From: Lama guanicoe | Lineage: Eukaryota | Direction of reading: 5' to 3' | DNA: 64,000 bases | Assembly (NCBI GenBank): GCA_013239625.1 | Contig: MU054220.1 | Span: 8,343,367 to 8,407,366 of the forward strand | Shown: piece by piece, positions 28,719 to 44,732 of the stretch | Layout of the letters: every line of letters starts with the position of its first letter | Position numbering within the stretch: position 1 is the stretch's first letter | The notes under the pieces: generated by a model | What the model was told of the DNA's origin: nothing | Databases searched by the model: none | What the model saw: the letters and a program-made list of their open reading frames with translations, nothing else | Made by a program: the position numbers and the translations under genes

Positions 28719-31700
28719 TTAGATTTGGGGGGGTAAAAAATCAGAGAGTTTGAATGTCTTCAACTTCTATCAAAATCTTCACAGAACTAACAGTTTACTT
28801 ATTTAACAGTATCATCAAAGCAGGGATCTTAGGGATAGATGGCTTTCTTCAATTTTGTTTTCAGGTATTTTAGTTTCCTTTACTTTACTTAAGTTATTCT
28901 TTTCTTATGTAGCTCTACAGCATTTAAGTGTAGAGCACAGAAGAATTTTATAGCCTAAAATATTCCCACTTAAAGTGAATAGCCTGTGACTTTTTCCATT
29001 ACATTCTCTGCAGCTATTCTAGGGTTATCTTTTGAACATCCTTAACTTTCATCAGAAAAAACAAACAAACAGAAAACAAACTTAAAGATGGACTGAAGAT
29101 ATGATAGAAAAATTAACAGTAGAGAGTTTAATGAGCTTTTTTTTTAACTGCCAAAAGAGGAAGACACTATCATACTCATCTCTACTCTTAAATCACAGAG
29201 AAGAGTTCTCATAAGCACTGCAAATGACATCATTATTTATGACATCAAGAGACATTTTAAAATGGGTGAAAAATTCTCAACTCCCATTAATAAATTCTCT
29301 ACTGGCAATGTCTGTTTAATAACCATGGTGGAGATTTTACAGGCAAAAATTTAATAGAGTTGTTAAAAGATCTTAACACTAAATTGATTCTACATATGTT
29401 TTGTAGATTTAATTGAAAATTTTTATTAATGGAAATAGCCAAGTACTTCAAACAAAGGATTAAGTTCAAAAAATTTCAGATTACGACATAACAAAAACTT
29501 TGAAACCTGCTTTGAATTTGAACTTAGGAGACTGAAGTTGTAACCTTTTCTGAAACTCAACTTTCAAGATGTGAGTGGGTGACCCATGCATACAGATGAT
29601 GATTTAGTTTTTGTGCCTGCCTCCATCCACCTCAAATTTATACAATTTTTTTGGAAACAGATATGCCACTCCTAGGTTTTGTTCTATATATTTCCAAAAA
29701 TGAAAAATACTAAAGTGAGATCATGGGTCACATGAAACAGAGGGTTTCAATCAACCTGTCCAAATCGATGAACAACTTCTTTGCTTGAAGTACTGCCAAG
29801 ACTAGATCAAATCTCAATTTCAGGATATTCCAAAAAATAGTCAAAGGTTATTCCAGAATTTTACCGTGACAAACAGTGGTAGAATTATTAACAAATCACT
29901 AGTTCATTACATTATTTTAGTGATTCATGATGACTATTGCAAAAGATGTTTCTACTGAATGATTTAGTTTGTCATTCAGATGCTTTGCTGTGAATCAAAT
30001 AGGCTCTGTTAGTGATTTTACACATGGAGCTTTAAGGTGAGTTTCTTATTTAGGAGAAGATTCATTGTCTTAAAATGGAGAAAAGTTAATTATATGAGTT
30101 TGGCCAAATGGAAGCAGCTTAGGCTTTTGATCTTTGTAAGAACCTTTGTACAAATAATTTCCTCGAGGTAGGACAGTAGATAAAAAAAAAATCTTAGTTG
30201 AATTTCCAGAATTTATACTTAAGAGCATTAGACTTAGACTATTTAAAAGGTTTACTTAAGGGTGAAAAAATGTAATGATGACTAAATATTGAGATTCTCA
30301 ATCTCCCATTTTCCTCATGTAATACAGTTTTAAATACAGAACCACATCAAAATGGTAAGAGGCATCTTATGCTGCAGTGAGTTCAGCCACTTGGCTTATC
30401 ACTTTTTTTGCCAAATCTGTACAAAAATGACCTTGACTGTCATGAGAATTACGAATTAGCTGAAAACATACATTGGGTATCATAGCCAGTTAACTGTACA
30501 TGTTACACAATCTCATCCATGTTCCTGATGTTCCTGATGGTGAAAGTTCATGCATCCATGATCCAGAAACAGTTGAATCTGACCTAGTTATCAGTTCCAC
30601 CACTTTTTTTTGCTGTGTGACTCTGGTCAAAGTGTCTCTGAATATCAGCATCAGAGTTTATATGAGGATCAAGTTAGCCTCTATAGAAAGCCATTGTCAC
30701 CAGGGAGTCAATGATGTATGGAGATAATTAAACCTTTTAAATATACCTCTCCCGGTCAAGGGAGCACTTTACATAGTCCTTTGGATATCAATTAGCCTCT
30801 GTATTGGTAAAGCATGTCTGATACACTAAATGGAAGCTCATTTCCTTTTGCTGTAACATTTATTAGAAGTTTACTCTCTTTTCCATCAGACCATATGCTC
30901 CTTGAGGAATCGTGTCAGATTTCTTTCCTACCACATTACTCTTACTTAGTGTACTAATGGGCACATAAAGGCCCTTAATAAACTTATTTTGATGACGAGA
31001 AGAGCTTACCAAAGAACCAGTCTTACCTGAGTCTCACCCACAAAATAAAACGTCAACTCTCTCTCTCTCTCTCTCTCCTTCTCTCTTTCAATGCACTTAC
31101 TGCTAGCTTTCCTGTGCATGTTAAATTTTATTGAAAAATTCCTAGAGGAAGAGAAACTGTCTAGGGGTGTGGACTGTCTGAAAAGAAGAGTGAGTGTATA
31201 CAAATGTCATTGCTGTGATTTGCAACTCTTACAAAGGGCTTTGCATCATATTCTTCATTTAAACGTGTGGTTGATTTTCAGAGAGTCTATAATTTTTGCT
31301 ATTGATTTCTTCTTTGTTCATCCTCTTTTTAGCCAGATACCACTCATGCATCCCGTGACTCTTGTTTTTAACACATTACCAATCATGCACATTATGTGAA
31401 ACATTTTTTAAAATATAAATTACTGAATATGTGGCAAGAAATGATGATGATAGAGAAGGTAAAGAACAAAACAACAGGGGAGTAAAAGAGGAAGAATGGG
31501 AAAGGAGGAAGGTGATAAAGAAAAAGAAGACAGTGAGGTGGTGATTATTATTTCATTCTTTTTCTTGCTCCGGAATTGAGGATAAGGAATAGAGAGCTGA
31601 GGGTGGAGGTCCACATTCAATAAATTAGTAAATTAGTAAAGCAGAATTTACATGTCCTGGATTTACTGTCAATACATTATAAGTGCTAATAAAAAAGAAA

Positions 31701-33999
31701 AAGTGGCTTATTTAATCCTATGTTAAATCTCATTAGTGGATTTTATATTTTCTTGCACAGATGGAGTTAGCTATTACATACAACTTGGTCTCCTTCCCCA
31801 CCTGGATCTGTATTAAGTATATTAAGCAATCCTGATTTTATATTTATTCACTTATTTGATGCTTGACTTTGTCTCTGGTCATTTATTTTCTCACACTAGA
31901 GGAAAAAACATCACAAAATGCATTAAAAATGCATTTAGAAAGTTCTCAATAAAAGCGTCGTGTCATTGTAAGTCATTTGTCAAAATCTTTGGAAAGTGTA
32001 CGTGTGTAAGTACACTTCTGTTTTTTCCACTCATGATAGACAGTTAGGAACATCAAAGAATCTGTCAGATACTTCTCCCGTGGTTCAGACTCCTTTAAAT
32101 CAGAGCTTCCATGTAATAGAGATCAATTTCAACTGTCCCATGATGTATTGTGAAGGTGGTATTAATATTTAATTACTTTTAAAGAGCTGTCTAAACCCTC
32201 ATTAATGTATTCAGATAGCTCTAAGTTAGGCAGTGCCAGAAAATATGGATTTATAAGTTATTTTCTTTCAATGCGTTATTTTCCTGTTTTTCTGACTTTC
32301 ATATTGATAAATAGCTACTTTATACTGCATACTACAAATCATGAAAATGAATACTTGATATTGTGAAGTCATATAATTGCTAATGGAACCCTTTTATCTT
32401 TAGACTTTATTGATGATATTTTAAAAAAATAAATATGACCATAAAGTCTTACAGTTGCCAGACGATGAAAGCATCTATCTCTAAGTCTCTAATTCCTGAA
32501 TGTTAACTCTTGGAGATTCATGCCCTTCAAATCCATTATATCCTTTCCCTTCTTTTTAAAAGAGGCAAGATTGCTCTCTTAACAGTTGCATTTCACTCAA
32601 ATAATTGACTGCTTTTCATTTTCTTTCTATCCTGGGCTGACTTGGTTGCAGAGTCTTTTATTTAGTTTGAGTTTTCTAGAATTAAGAATTGGTCGTTCTG
32701 GAAAGTGATGATAGCACATCAGACTTACTCACAAAATTAGGCCACTGTATACACCTACTTAAAGAGGATTTATGGACGTCAGCATTAAATCCATGATTAT
32801 GCACTGTCTTACGTGACATTTATTAGCTAATGACTACTCGATAAGTATTTATTGAATTGCTAGTACGTGCCAGATGTGTCAGTGACCAGAGAGACTGGGC
32901 ATCTAGGGCGTGGACAATACCAATACGTAATTAGTTAATTAATAGGCTAATTCAGAGATCTAAACTATAGTTTTGGGGTCAAATCCAGCCCACACTCTGT
33001 TTTTGTAAACAAAGTGTGATTGAAATACTTACTGTCTAGACGTGAAGAAAATGTTTGCGGGTCCTCTGTCTAACTGGGATCAAATCAAATAAAACATAAT
33101 CATTTACTTTTCTACTTACTGTTTCTGTGTTAATTTTTATGAATAGCGAACAATAAACTATGCATCCATACAGACATATACATATTTACATGTACATATG
33201 CATATGCATATCTCCTAATTATACCTCATCTTAATAACATTTCTTGATGCACTCTTTCCAGCAACAGAGCTTAATTATTTTAATTGAACTCAGGCGAAAA
33301 AAAAAAAAAAAAGGCAAAGGTATTTGACTGCAACGTTCATGGCCAGATCATCTTTTTGGCTTCTTAATCACCAAATGATGATTTTTCTCCAAAATGAGCA
33401 TGACGGTTGGAGGATGTGACAGAAGGAAAGGGGGCAACCTAGGAAGCGTCATCAGACCAAGCATTCTTCCCTCTAAGCCAATTCATCTACCTTTTCTTTT
33501 TTTTTTCTGATCTATCATTAGTTCATTTAAGACCTAAAGAGTTGTTCATTTTTGTTTGATTTATGTTGTTTTATTTACTTTTTATTTGTGCTTCTCATAG
33601 GTTCAGGCATGGGATTGGCACATGGTTAATGCTCTGACAGTACTTGTTGAATTTACTTTGTAATCCCTCGACTGACATCTTTGGTTCCTAGAATTAGAGC
33701 AGACAGGTTTTAGAAATAGTTGTTTACGTAGCAGTTTTATTCCATTCTCGCGTAGACACCACATAGACCAATGATTTATTAGTAGATCTTAAGTTAGTAT
33801 GTTATTTACAGTTAGTATGTTATTCCCAGTGCATGTTGGGCTTTTTTCCTTCTCTAAAGTGAAAAATGGTGGCTGTGATTATGGAAGGAGGTAATCTTTA
33901 CTGAACCAAGGTATCAAGTCAGGGAAGGGAGCAGGGGAAATACGGTACCTATTACGCACTCCTCTTGCCCTCTCAAATGTTTGTGCCCGGATTCTCACA

Positions 34000-34193
34000 A
34001 TAGTCTTATAACTTGTGCCCTGTTTCTCCTCCTTTTTCCCCTTATGTTTGTTCTCAGTATGGTAGCCAAAGTGATCTTTCCAACGGGGAAGTCAGACCAT
34101 ATCACTTCTCTCCCCAAAACCCTGCAATGGATTTTCATTTCAATTACAATAAATGCCAAAGTTCTCCTAAGAGTTTAGAAAGCTCTGATTGAT

Positions 34194-34238
<45 letters not shown>

Positions 34239-34745
34239 AATCTGTTTATACTCCATTTGCCCACACACACTTTGCTTTCTGCCCTCCTATCCTAGTATTT
34301 TCCTTTGGCTCACTCCGTTGTAGTCAAATTTTGGCTTCTGCTTTGTAATTAAGACATGTTCCTCCCTTAGAAAGTTCACACGGCCTTTCTCTTATAAATC
34401 TATTATATTGTATCTATTTTGTTTATTTGTCTCCTCCTTCATGTTTTCTCTCAATTTCTGTCCTCTTATTGAAGCAAAACTTGGCCACCTGTTAAATATT
34501 GCAGCCCACATTCATCTTGAACCAATCTCTGATACCCTACCATGACTTTCTTTTCATGATAAGTGTTTATCACCTCCTCATGTGCTACAGAGTGTCTTAA
34601 TTTATTATACTTTTAATTTACTGCTTACTGTTGCTCAGTCTCCTCCTGCTGGAATGAATTCTGGGAGTCAAGGATCTTGTTTCTTCACTGGTGTTGCCAA
34701 AGCACCACAGTACCTAGTAGAAGATCAATAAATATTTGTAGGAAA
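34000..34745 (+). mobile_element. L2 3' region
   Basis: agccaaagtgatcttt...gtcagaccatatcacttctctccccaaaaccctgcaatgg...caataaatatttg terminus. Confidence 0.7.
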
Positions 34746-37700
34746 TGAAAAGGTATGTACAAGACTAATTTTTTCCTATTGACCTGAACAGAGGATTGCA
34801 CTGATCTTGATCTTAAGGTAAATAATCCCTCAAGTCTTAGCGATGAGAGAAATGTGTACCAGTGAGCAATAAGAGAAAGTAATTATTTTTTGGTTTGAAG
34901 ATGATGCTTGGAATTGTTTCAGTATGTGGTGATTTTTCGTATATTTTGTGGACAAATGTGTGCCATCCATTTAAATAAATTTTTTCTTAATTTGCTTAGT
35001 CATTCATTTCTGAAAAAGAGTGTTGGTGTCCCCAAAGTAAATATATTGTGAAAGCTCAGAATATTGTGGATAAATTGACTTCATTGCCTATGCTCTCAAG
35101 CAGGCAGCAAAGTTATTTGATGCTCCATTATTTTCAAGAGGCTATGTCAGCAAAGACAAATTTGGCATGTAACCGGTGAAAAGGAATTTGTAAAGGTCAT
35201 CACAGGATGCTTACAAACCTCCAGGGAAGAAACAGAGATTCTAGGAAAAGCTGCCCATTTTTATTAGAAGTATTTCTCCAAATCTTGGTTTGGTTTGCTA
35301 CTCTTTGGATAGGTGGCTATCTAAGGACTTTTCTCTTTCTGGCATCAGCTGCCAGTTGGCAAGTCTCATGTAAGTATTTGCTTCACACTGTGGGTAGAAT
35401 GATCTGTCACATTGTGGTTGGAGTGATCTATCAGAAAGATCCTGCATCATCCACTTAAAACCTAATTTGAGCATAAATGGAATAGTTGTTATGGTCACAA
35501 AAAAATCCCTCTGAGAACTGGGGATCTGGGTTCTACTCCTGGCTTATTTATGTTCTAGCTCTATGAACTTAGGCAAGTCATATAGCCAACTTATTTCTCC
35601 ATATACTGATCAATCTATAACTTGTACCAAATCTGAGGTTAAAACTATATAATATTATATGAAAGAAGTATTTTTAAAGGCATTTTCAAGTGTTAAATAA
35701 TTTTACTAGTATAATATATTAAACTCATTTTAATTTCATGGCATAATTAAAGAAAAAAAAGAAAATGATCTAACATATCAGTCTTACTGAATAAATTTAA
35801 CTAATTAATACTCAGTTTAGCCAGGTAATACTCAAAGGAAAACAAACCCATAAGATGATAATATTATATCAAAAATATAAACCCTCTTGTGATTGAGTAA
35901 ACAAATCCAAAAGTTTCATGATTCCTAAGGGTCATTGTTATGACTAGCAAGATTATTGATTTGGGAATAAAATCTTTAGAGGAATTAAGGTTTGTTGTCA
36001 GGGATGACCACATGAATAACTCAAGTCCCTCAGAGTGGCATTGAATTTTGGTTAATTCACCAACCAGAGAATGATTGCTTGTCAGTGTAATTTGCATATT
36101 CTCTACAAAGTGCTCTTAGATTAACAAACAGAGATTAAGTTAGAGCTGACCTGATGCTGTATTATTGCCAATTATAAACAATAATGAGATGTAAGTAACG
36201 TTATTGACAAAAGAACCAAAACTTTATATCTATTAGTCAACACATTCTTCCATTGATAAAGTATTCATAAGAAGTAAAACTACAATTAAACATTTGTTTT
36301 TCAGGCATAGATTCAGAGCTGTGGTGGAGTTTGAACATGAGTAATGGTGGTATATGGTTAAATATATAAAGACATTAGGTAATGATACTGTAAGAATATT
36401 CTTGAATACATAAATGTAGGTAAACATTCATTTTCATATACATCTATTTTAGTGATTCAGAAGATCTTTGTTTCCTTCCAGTTTCTTGACAGTGGTTCGT
36501 GGACATGTGATCTCTGGATAGCTAAGATATTGCTATAATGTGACATTGCATTTAAAGCTAGCTGGTTACATTTCCAGGAAGTCATGATGGAGAAATCAGT
36601 TAAAAATTGCTTATGAAGAGCACTAAAATACCCACAATGTGATTTCCTAAATTGTTTTTCTCTAACTTGCTGGGAAGGAGGATTACTTAACAAAGCTGGA
36701 AAAAAATCCATTCAAAGTCAATTTCCAACAGTTTTGTGACACAGGCCATTACAAAGTAACCCCAACTATTAGTAAGCTAAGCTCAGTTGCATTTCCTCTT
36801 ACATCACCTTTGAATTGTTCTTGAGGCATTGCTTAGTCTCTGGACAGCTTTGCCAATACAGTTTAGCGGAGTGTGAGGCCTGCCCGTCAGCCTCCTGACT
36901 CTGTTTTGCTAAGGGTTTGGAGAGTAATTACTCCCCAGAGGTTATTGCCTGCCCTGTGCAATATATGCTGAGCAGTCTGACCAGAAATTCTGATAGATTC
37001 AAGCCTGGTTGCCTGCCAGCTCAAGCGCAGGGAGGATTCTTGGATCCTGAAATGTTATCGGGTACACAAAGCCAAGCAAGATCTTCAGGAAACTCTCCTG
37101 TGATTTTAGATTTTAAAAAGCAGTGGGTTTCTTGAACATCATACTTTACGAAAGAACTGAAAAGTGCCATCTAAAATTTACTCTTTTTCATCTTCCTATG
37201 TGATGCAGGCTATTGGAGCTAAGGGATTTCAGAATGCATTCATCTTGCTGCATTAAATTGTGTCATTTTCCCAGTAGGACACAATTGATGCAGCTTAATA
37301 TGACACATCAGATAGAGATATCTGCCTTGACTGTCAACCAATAATGCTTGGTAGGATACAAACAAATACAATAAATTAGCCAAAACTTTTGAAAAACATT
37401 AGCAGTGAAATGCATATTCTCATTGAAAAGGTATAGCTAAAGAAAAATATAAAACCAGATAAAATGTTTCACTTTTTGGTTGATGTAGAGATATATTGTT
37501 TTTATAACAGTCTTACCATTCATTTAAAACATTAAAGTAGCACATAGCTTTGTATCAAGAACATAATAAGATTTATTAAATTATTACAATTTTTGTTACT
37601 ATTTTAGTATTGTCTTGCTTGAAGTTAGCTAAATAAAATAACGTTTAAGAAATATACGATATACTTACCAATGAAGAGAAGGAAATTCTGCCGGGAAAGA

Positions 37701-40700
37701 AGAAAATAAAGACCCTAGTTTTTAAATTGTCTTTAGGAATTAGTAATAAAGTGTGTATTTAGTTATGTATTATTGAAGTATAGTGGATATATGTTATGTA
37801 AGTTACAGGTGTGCAATATAATGATTCACAATTTTTAAAGCAGAATCATTAGGAAAGTCTTATACAAGGTAAAAGTGATATAATATCTTTCCAAATTAGC
37901 CTAAGACCTGGCAGGATTAAGTAGCATATCATGTTAAAATATGGGTTAGTATTAGTATAGAAGACATAGCCGATTTCAGAAATTTTTAGCACATTATTGG
38001 TAATTAATTGACATTCCATTTGATATGTTACATGTTAATTAAGTCGGGGGAACCAAAAATGATCATAATTTTTTAATTATTTTTGCCTAGAGACTAAATT
38101 CTGGGCTTATTTATTTGGTCAAAAAAGAGTCTTTTGTTTAACGAAAATGTATTGAACTTAATGTGGTACTGTTACATGCCCAGAGACGACAGTACTGACA
38201 GTGGGTAAAAAAGTCCCTGCTCTTTTATGCCCTTCTGTTCACGGGACTGTTCATGACATTCCCAGCCTATTTCCTCTGAGAAACTCTTCTACCATCACAG
38301 TGTTTTTCCAAATGCATTAAGTGATTGAGGACGCTTTGCAGAGGAGTATGTGGTGGCAAGTGGTGGGAAGGTCATTTCTCTCCCTGGCCTCCCAGGAAAT
38401 AAGACTGTCCTTCTAGGACAGGCGGGATATTTGAACAAATAATTACTCAGTGAAATATGTTTGGCTAATACTGTTTCTCTACTTTGTCTACACTGACTTT
38501 AAAATATTATAAAATGTTGCCTTGTAGAAAAAGATGACACATTTAAACAGCACTGTAGACTGCATGCAATTCTAATGTGTTAAGTTACCCACCTCTCCTT
38601 CAAACAGTCTTTTTGACGTGGGTTTCATTGACTGTTTTCAGAGTTAATCTTTATTAGTCTAAGCCAATTACGGTACTCCATCTGTCTGACCCGTGATAGC
38701 TCACAAGCCTTGGCTTAAAGCAATCGACATGTGTTATTCCCTGATGATTACTATTGGTCCACAGTCGGCACATAGTTTACATTAGCTCAGTCAGACTGAA
38801 GAGAAGCATTTCTAGTCTGTGGTTAAATAAACAGCCCTCTCTCCTCCACTGAATATGAATCATTTAGATTTAGAGGGAGTCTGTCTATGCTGATACTGAC
38901 AGCCCTTTTCAGTTAGAAGCCAGCCCGAAGGAAGAACCAAGAGAACCAGAGTTTACAGTTCCCCCATTGTTTCATATCATACTAAGTGTGAAAAAAAAAA
39001 AAAAGGATTTCCTCCCCTTTACCATTTTAAGTTGAGTTTTTTGTTACTTGAAGGTAAAAAGAAACTTGAACTGATTGTAGCAGATAACTTGGCAGAGAGC
39101 CTTCTTAGAACCCAGTTCTGCCTGACTTCCAATTCAATTGTTTTTTATGTTCTTTGAACTACGTGGAATATATATCCAATGACATTGTGAGTCAACTAAT
39201 TCTAAACCAGGGTTCCATGACTTCCCATGTCTTTATTTTCACATTTGTCAAATAATCAATTAACTAAAAAACAGGAATAACTACATGAATGCCTTACTAC
39301 TTAGGGAACAGGTTTGAATTTTAGAGTTATATTTAGAAAATCTAATCAAAATCTAAATAATAATCTGTCTTTCAAGTGCTTTGTTTATCTTTATTTTTAC
39401 TGCTATAAATAATTAAGCACATTATTACTGTTTATTTGAGCTTATGTTCTTGCTCTTACGTTCTCTTTGCATGAATAATACACTTGTCAATGTGTTTTCA
39501 CTTTGTAGTCATTTTCTACAATATAGAAAGGATCTCTGAACTTTTTTTAAAATCCCAAAACTATATGTATAGGGATTTGCACAACTTAAACCTTAAGGAA
39601 AGTTGGTCAAAGAGAAGGAGGAAGATGCGGATAAAGTGATTTAAAGTAATTTGTTCAACTTCTAGCTGTCGAAATATACCAGAGGCTCATGAAATGTGGG
39701 GATTGATTCTGGTAAAATTCATCAGATGAGAAATTGATGGGAAATACTAATCAGAAAGGAAAAATAAAAGTAAAAAAACACTAAATGTATAAGCTTATTT
39801 TCAGATGAGATAAAGATATTGACAGCCATTTTGATAATCAAACAGTAATGTTGGGTAATATTGATTAGAAGGGGGAGAGAGAATGTTTATTACTCTGGAG
39901 ACAGGAAATGTATTATGTACGTTCAATAGAAAGAAGTGTTCAGCCAGTTTGGAGGACTGTGGACAGGTCAGCAAAATACAGAGCAAAAACACAGTCTTAG
40001 TAGAAGACTGCAAACTATTTTTATTCTTGGGAAGTTAAAAGTCATGTGAACTAAGAGCAAAGGTGAATTTTTCAAAAACTGAGTTGGGGATATAACTGAG
40101 ACTGGCATATATTGGATCAAAATCTTTGCAGCTTTGTCAGTGTTTTGGTCTCTCCTCCATGATGGTGATATTACAGTAAGAAAATCACCCGAAAAATGGA
40201 GTCAGTGATGAAAGTGGAGGGAACTAACTTTCGTTTAGGAAAAATTGGGGTGAAGCGTTTGAAAGCAAATCACATGATTAAGGAAGGATGAATTCATACT
40301 AGAATGACCTTGGACTGTAAATAAAAAGAATAAACTAAGCCTGAAGTTTGGGGAAATAATTAGGTACTGCAGACAAGTTTTATTTCCTTCTGAAGTTGCA
40401 GTAATTTTAAATAACTAAATATTTATGGACCAACGCTGTCTGACTTGTCTTTGTCTGATGTCATCACTGAAGAGGAGAGGATAGTTGGAAGTTCAATGTG
40501 CCTTTACATATAAATTTGTTAAAGTACAGATTCTGTTGCTGCAATAAAAGTCAGATTAAAATGTTTCCTCAACAGGATAAGAGTTCATTCCTTTTTCTCA
40601 TGTAGCAGTTCATGCATAAGTAATCCCGGCTGATATAATGGCTCCAGTTGTCACGAATCCAAGTTCTTTCTGTCTTTTTAATATTCTATCTACAATACCT

Positions 40701-43700
40701 CACACCTGCCCTCAAAGTGCTGCTCCAGCTCTTGCCATGACATCTAAGTTGGTAACAGTAGGAACCTCTGAAAGATCCAACACTGGATTTCAAAGTTGCT
40801 TGGGTCAATACATTTCCTTTTTGAATCAGGTTATTTTTCATTGTGTTTCTTTTATTTGCAGTGGAAAGAATTCTAGCTCATTTTAGGCTCTCAGTCTCCT
40901 GCAAGATAACATCCCAAGCTTCTAACCTTGAAACATTAAAGCCCTTCATGATTTGAGCACAGCCTAGCCCTCTAGTCTGATGGCTATAATGCCCTGCCGT
41001 GTACTTAGTATTAAAGTGGTATAGCAGATTATCAGGAATTTCCCACAAATATCGTGGTCATCCTCTCCTCTCTGTTTCTGCTCTTTTTCCTTGCTTGGAA
41101 CGCCCAGCTCTCCAGACCTGCGTTTAACTTGTTGTCTCCTGATCATCATCTGAGGTCATATCATCTTGAGGAGTCACTTCCTTCAAGAATCTTTCTCTGT
41201 TCTTGTGGGCAGCATAGCTTACTCTCTTCCCTCAGTGACAACCTACAAGGATCTCCGTCATTGCATTCACTCTAGTGTGCTGTATTATTTATTTTGTGAC
41301 TCTAGATAGCGGGCTACAATGAGTTGTATTCATTGTTTCAGTTCCCTCCCAGCCCATGTTCTGACCCAACATAAAAGTGTAATAAAAATTATTGAATGAA
41401 CGAACTAGATATAGCAAGAATATCAAAATCGAAACTGTCAATTTCATAACCTTCTCTGCTAGATTTAGTTTTTGGAAAAAAAATATTGGGCTGGCAACTA
41501 AAACACTAGAATTAGGCTTGACTGCATAATTTGCTAGGGACTTTTTTTTCTTTCTCTGAACCCGTTCTGTCGTCTGTGCTGATGTTTTCTTATGGATACT
41601 CACACTCTTGGCTTCTCTTCCTGCCCTTTGCTCACTCCTCCTTATGCGTAGAAAGGCGACTGATGCGATGAATTTGGAAAAAGGAACTAGCAGTGCATCT
41701 GTTCAACTTGACCCTTTCCTGTATTCACTTTGATACATGCCAACTTGTAGGTAGCAGGTGTTCGGTCCACTTTCTGCTGTGTACCGTGATACCCCGCCTG
41801 TTTAGAGGAGTCTTGCCTTGCAGTTGGCTCCAGCTATTTGAGTGGCTGTGTGTGTAATTTAGTATAATTTAGTGGTGAGGTAGTAACAAGCCTGCTTAGC
41901 CATAGACAAAGCCTCATCTTCCAGTGGTTCTATCAGTTACAGATGTAATGTTTTAATCTCCATCTTGTGTCTGTATCTGAATGTGTTCTAAACTAGCATG
42001 AGCAAGAGAGGGACCCTCAAAAATCTCAACACTCTACATCAGTAAAATAATTTATGCCTTGAGTTTGTAAAATTTTAATTGCATGTACCTGATATTATGT
42101 AAGTGTTAGCGTAATTAAATGAATAATGCATGTTTCACAACCTCAGGGAATTATAGTCTCAGGAAAATGAGCATCTTTACAAGCATCAGAGTTATATAAT
42201 CTTAGTGTTTCATAAGAATATTAGGGATTCATCAACCTAACTGATCACCAGTCACTGGGAAATGTCTAGTAACTAAAGAACCCCTTATAAATAACAGAGC
42301 TACTCAGCAAGACCTTCTGCGGGTGGAAGATCAGGAATCCAATCTTCCTGTTTCTTTACTTGTTTGTTTATAAGCTATCCAGGTGATTCCCACTATCAAT
42401 GTTTTATCAAATTTCAGGAACTTTTAATTGAATGCCTTACGATCGTCAAAAATCTGAGACCCCGGTGATTAATAACACTGCCGGCATGCGATAACTCAGA
42501 GGACTTTGGGGATTATGTCATGAGTTAGTGTCATGTTACAAGCTTTTCTATAAAAGTACTAGTGTCCAGTGAGATGTTGCTTGTTCTCACACAGAGCACA
42601 TATGTGTGCATGTGCACACACAGAGAGACACACACATACTCATGGATGCCTTAGAGATTCTTGTAGTCAAGCACATTTGTATATACTGGGGGAAAGATTA
42701 AGTCAAAGAGTTCCATTAAATTTATTGGAGATTTAGCATCTTGGGGTACATTGTGATTCTCCGAGAAGTGGTGAAGGTATCTCTAATTTCCATTTATACT
42801 TTATCCAGAAATCTTATTTAATTGGAACATATGTGGGAAATACAGAGCTTATAAATGCAAAAATGCACTATGAATTATAAATATTAATAATTGTTATATT
42901 ATTATATAATATTATACATTCGTGAACTTTTCACGTTTGTTCAATTTGGTCAAATCAGTCTCTTAAACCCATTCAAGAAAATTATTAACAAAATTTTCAA
43001 AACTGAAAATTTTTGTTTTGTGTTACTTAGCATCAGCCTTCCATAAATTGTACCAAATTATGTAAATAAGATAATGGCACTTAAAATATAAGATTATTAA
43101 TACTAAATCAATTAATAGAATGGCATTAAGTAGGGTCAGGCTTTTTCCAGTGAATCAGTTTTTGCCAAACTTAAACAGATTATTTGCTTAATAGATTTTT
43201 TTAGTCCATTGGCTGTTTCCCAAGGTAGATCTAAAGTCTATGGGCTTACAACATGGAAATACTCAGAATCACCATTTTTAACCACTTGACATATACCAAA
43301 AAAAAAAAAATCAAATTAGGGCAGACAGACAAATAGAATCCTGGAGAAATGAAGCAAAATACAAATCTGATATTCTGTCTCCTGAAGTACATTCTTTTAG
43401 TCTAATTTTTCTCTTCTTAACACTTTCTTTTTGCTATTTCTGGAGTTGTTTAAATTGTTTCCAGGTATGTAAGTGAAGGCTAGTATAAGAACTGTTAAAA
43501 AAATTTAAATATATAAATGTAATTTAAACATAAAAATACTAAAAGGCAGCTGTTTTTCTTAGAGATACAATTTATCAAGTCATTTTTAGCCGTTAGCGTT
43601 TTCCCTCAAATTAGTTTATTGGCTTCCTGACTTGAAATATTGGCCCAAGGGAGCAAAACAGACACTCATGATGGATTGGCTATTTACTACATTGAGAGAA

Positions 43701-43798
43701 GAAAAAAAAAAAAAGAAAAATTTAAATTCCTATGATGATGGCCCATGTGGGACGAATAATATAGAACTTTTGATTCAGATTCTTTGGGATCATGAGAC

Positions 43799-44340
43799 TA
43801 TTGCTGAAAAAAATCAGCCTCTGCACCCCGAAAAGTGAATTCAAACTCAGAGGCGGAGTTTAGGGAGCAAAGGAAAGAGCAGCTGAATTGCCCAGTACAG
43901 CGAGTTACAGCGGGCTCATGTCTGAAAGGCTGTGAGCCCCTCTTGGGGTTGGGGTCTTGAGGTTTTATGGAAAAACTGGATGGAACACAAAAGGTGGTAA
44001 CAACCAGGGCGTTTCACAGGGTGCTACATTCCTCTTTGCCTCAATGAATCTTCAGGAGGGGCTCCGGAGGGTCTGTCCATTTTTCTGAGATTATCAGCCT
44101 GGTTATCTCCTTCCTGGAGCATAGCCTCTGCGTCAAAGTTAATCTCAGGAAAGAATGAATCAGCAAACAATTCTGCATCAGGGAGGTCGGTTTGTTAGTC
44201 TGCTTTGTGCTCCTTCAAGACATTTATGTAAACAGATCCCTAGAAAAGTTTTACTGAAACAAACATCTTAGACACCTGATTAGAATAAAAAACAGTTTCT
44301 TCCGGAGGTATCAGGAACTGAGACATAACAGTCTCTACTC
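43799..44340 (-). mobile_element. ERV solo LTR
   Basis: First ~150 bp closely similar to 44733 onward (aaaaatcagcctctgcaccccgaaa.gtgaattcaaactcagagg). LTR-like terminus. Right boundary approximate. Confidence 0.7.
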
Positions 44341-44732
44341 AGCCTCAATTAAACACATAAAATGGAGCAGGAGGAAAAAGTTATGGCTATTATTTAGGAG
44401 GGCGATGGAATACCTAAACATTTTATTATCGGGGGTAGAACCTGAAGAAATATTACAATAAACGTTTCATCCTGAAATGCCACTGATTCTACAAGACACC
44501 AGTCCATAAATACCTGGTTTTTGTGTGGATTAGGATATATAAATTACACCCATTAATTACCTTAATAGACCCATTTTACAGCATTACAGAGTGGAAGAAA
44601 AAAATGCATGAGGAAAATAAGACTTTCTAAACCTTATCAGTACCCGAATCCATTACAGATAGGTTAACCAATCTTTTACTCTTAGTGTTGGAGAAGGCAA
44701 AAAGATAAAACCTTATTAAACATAGCTAACAT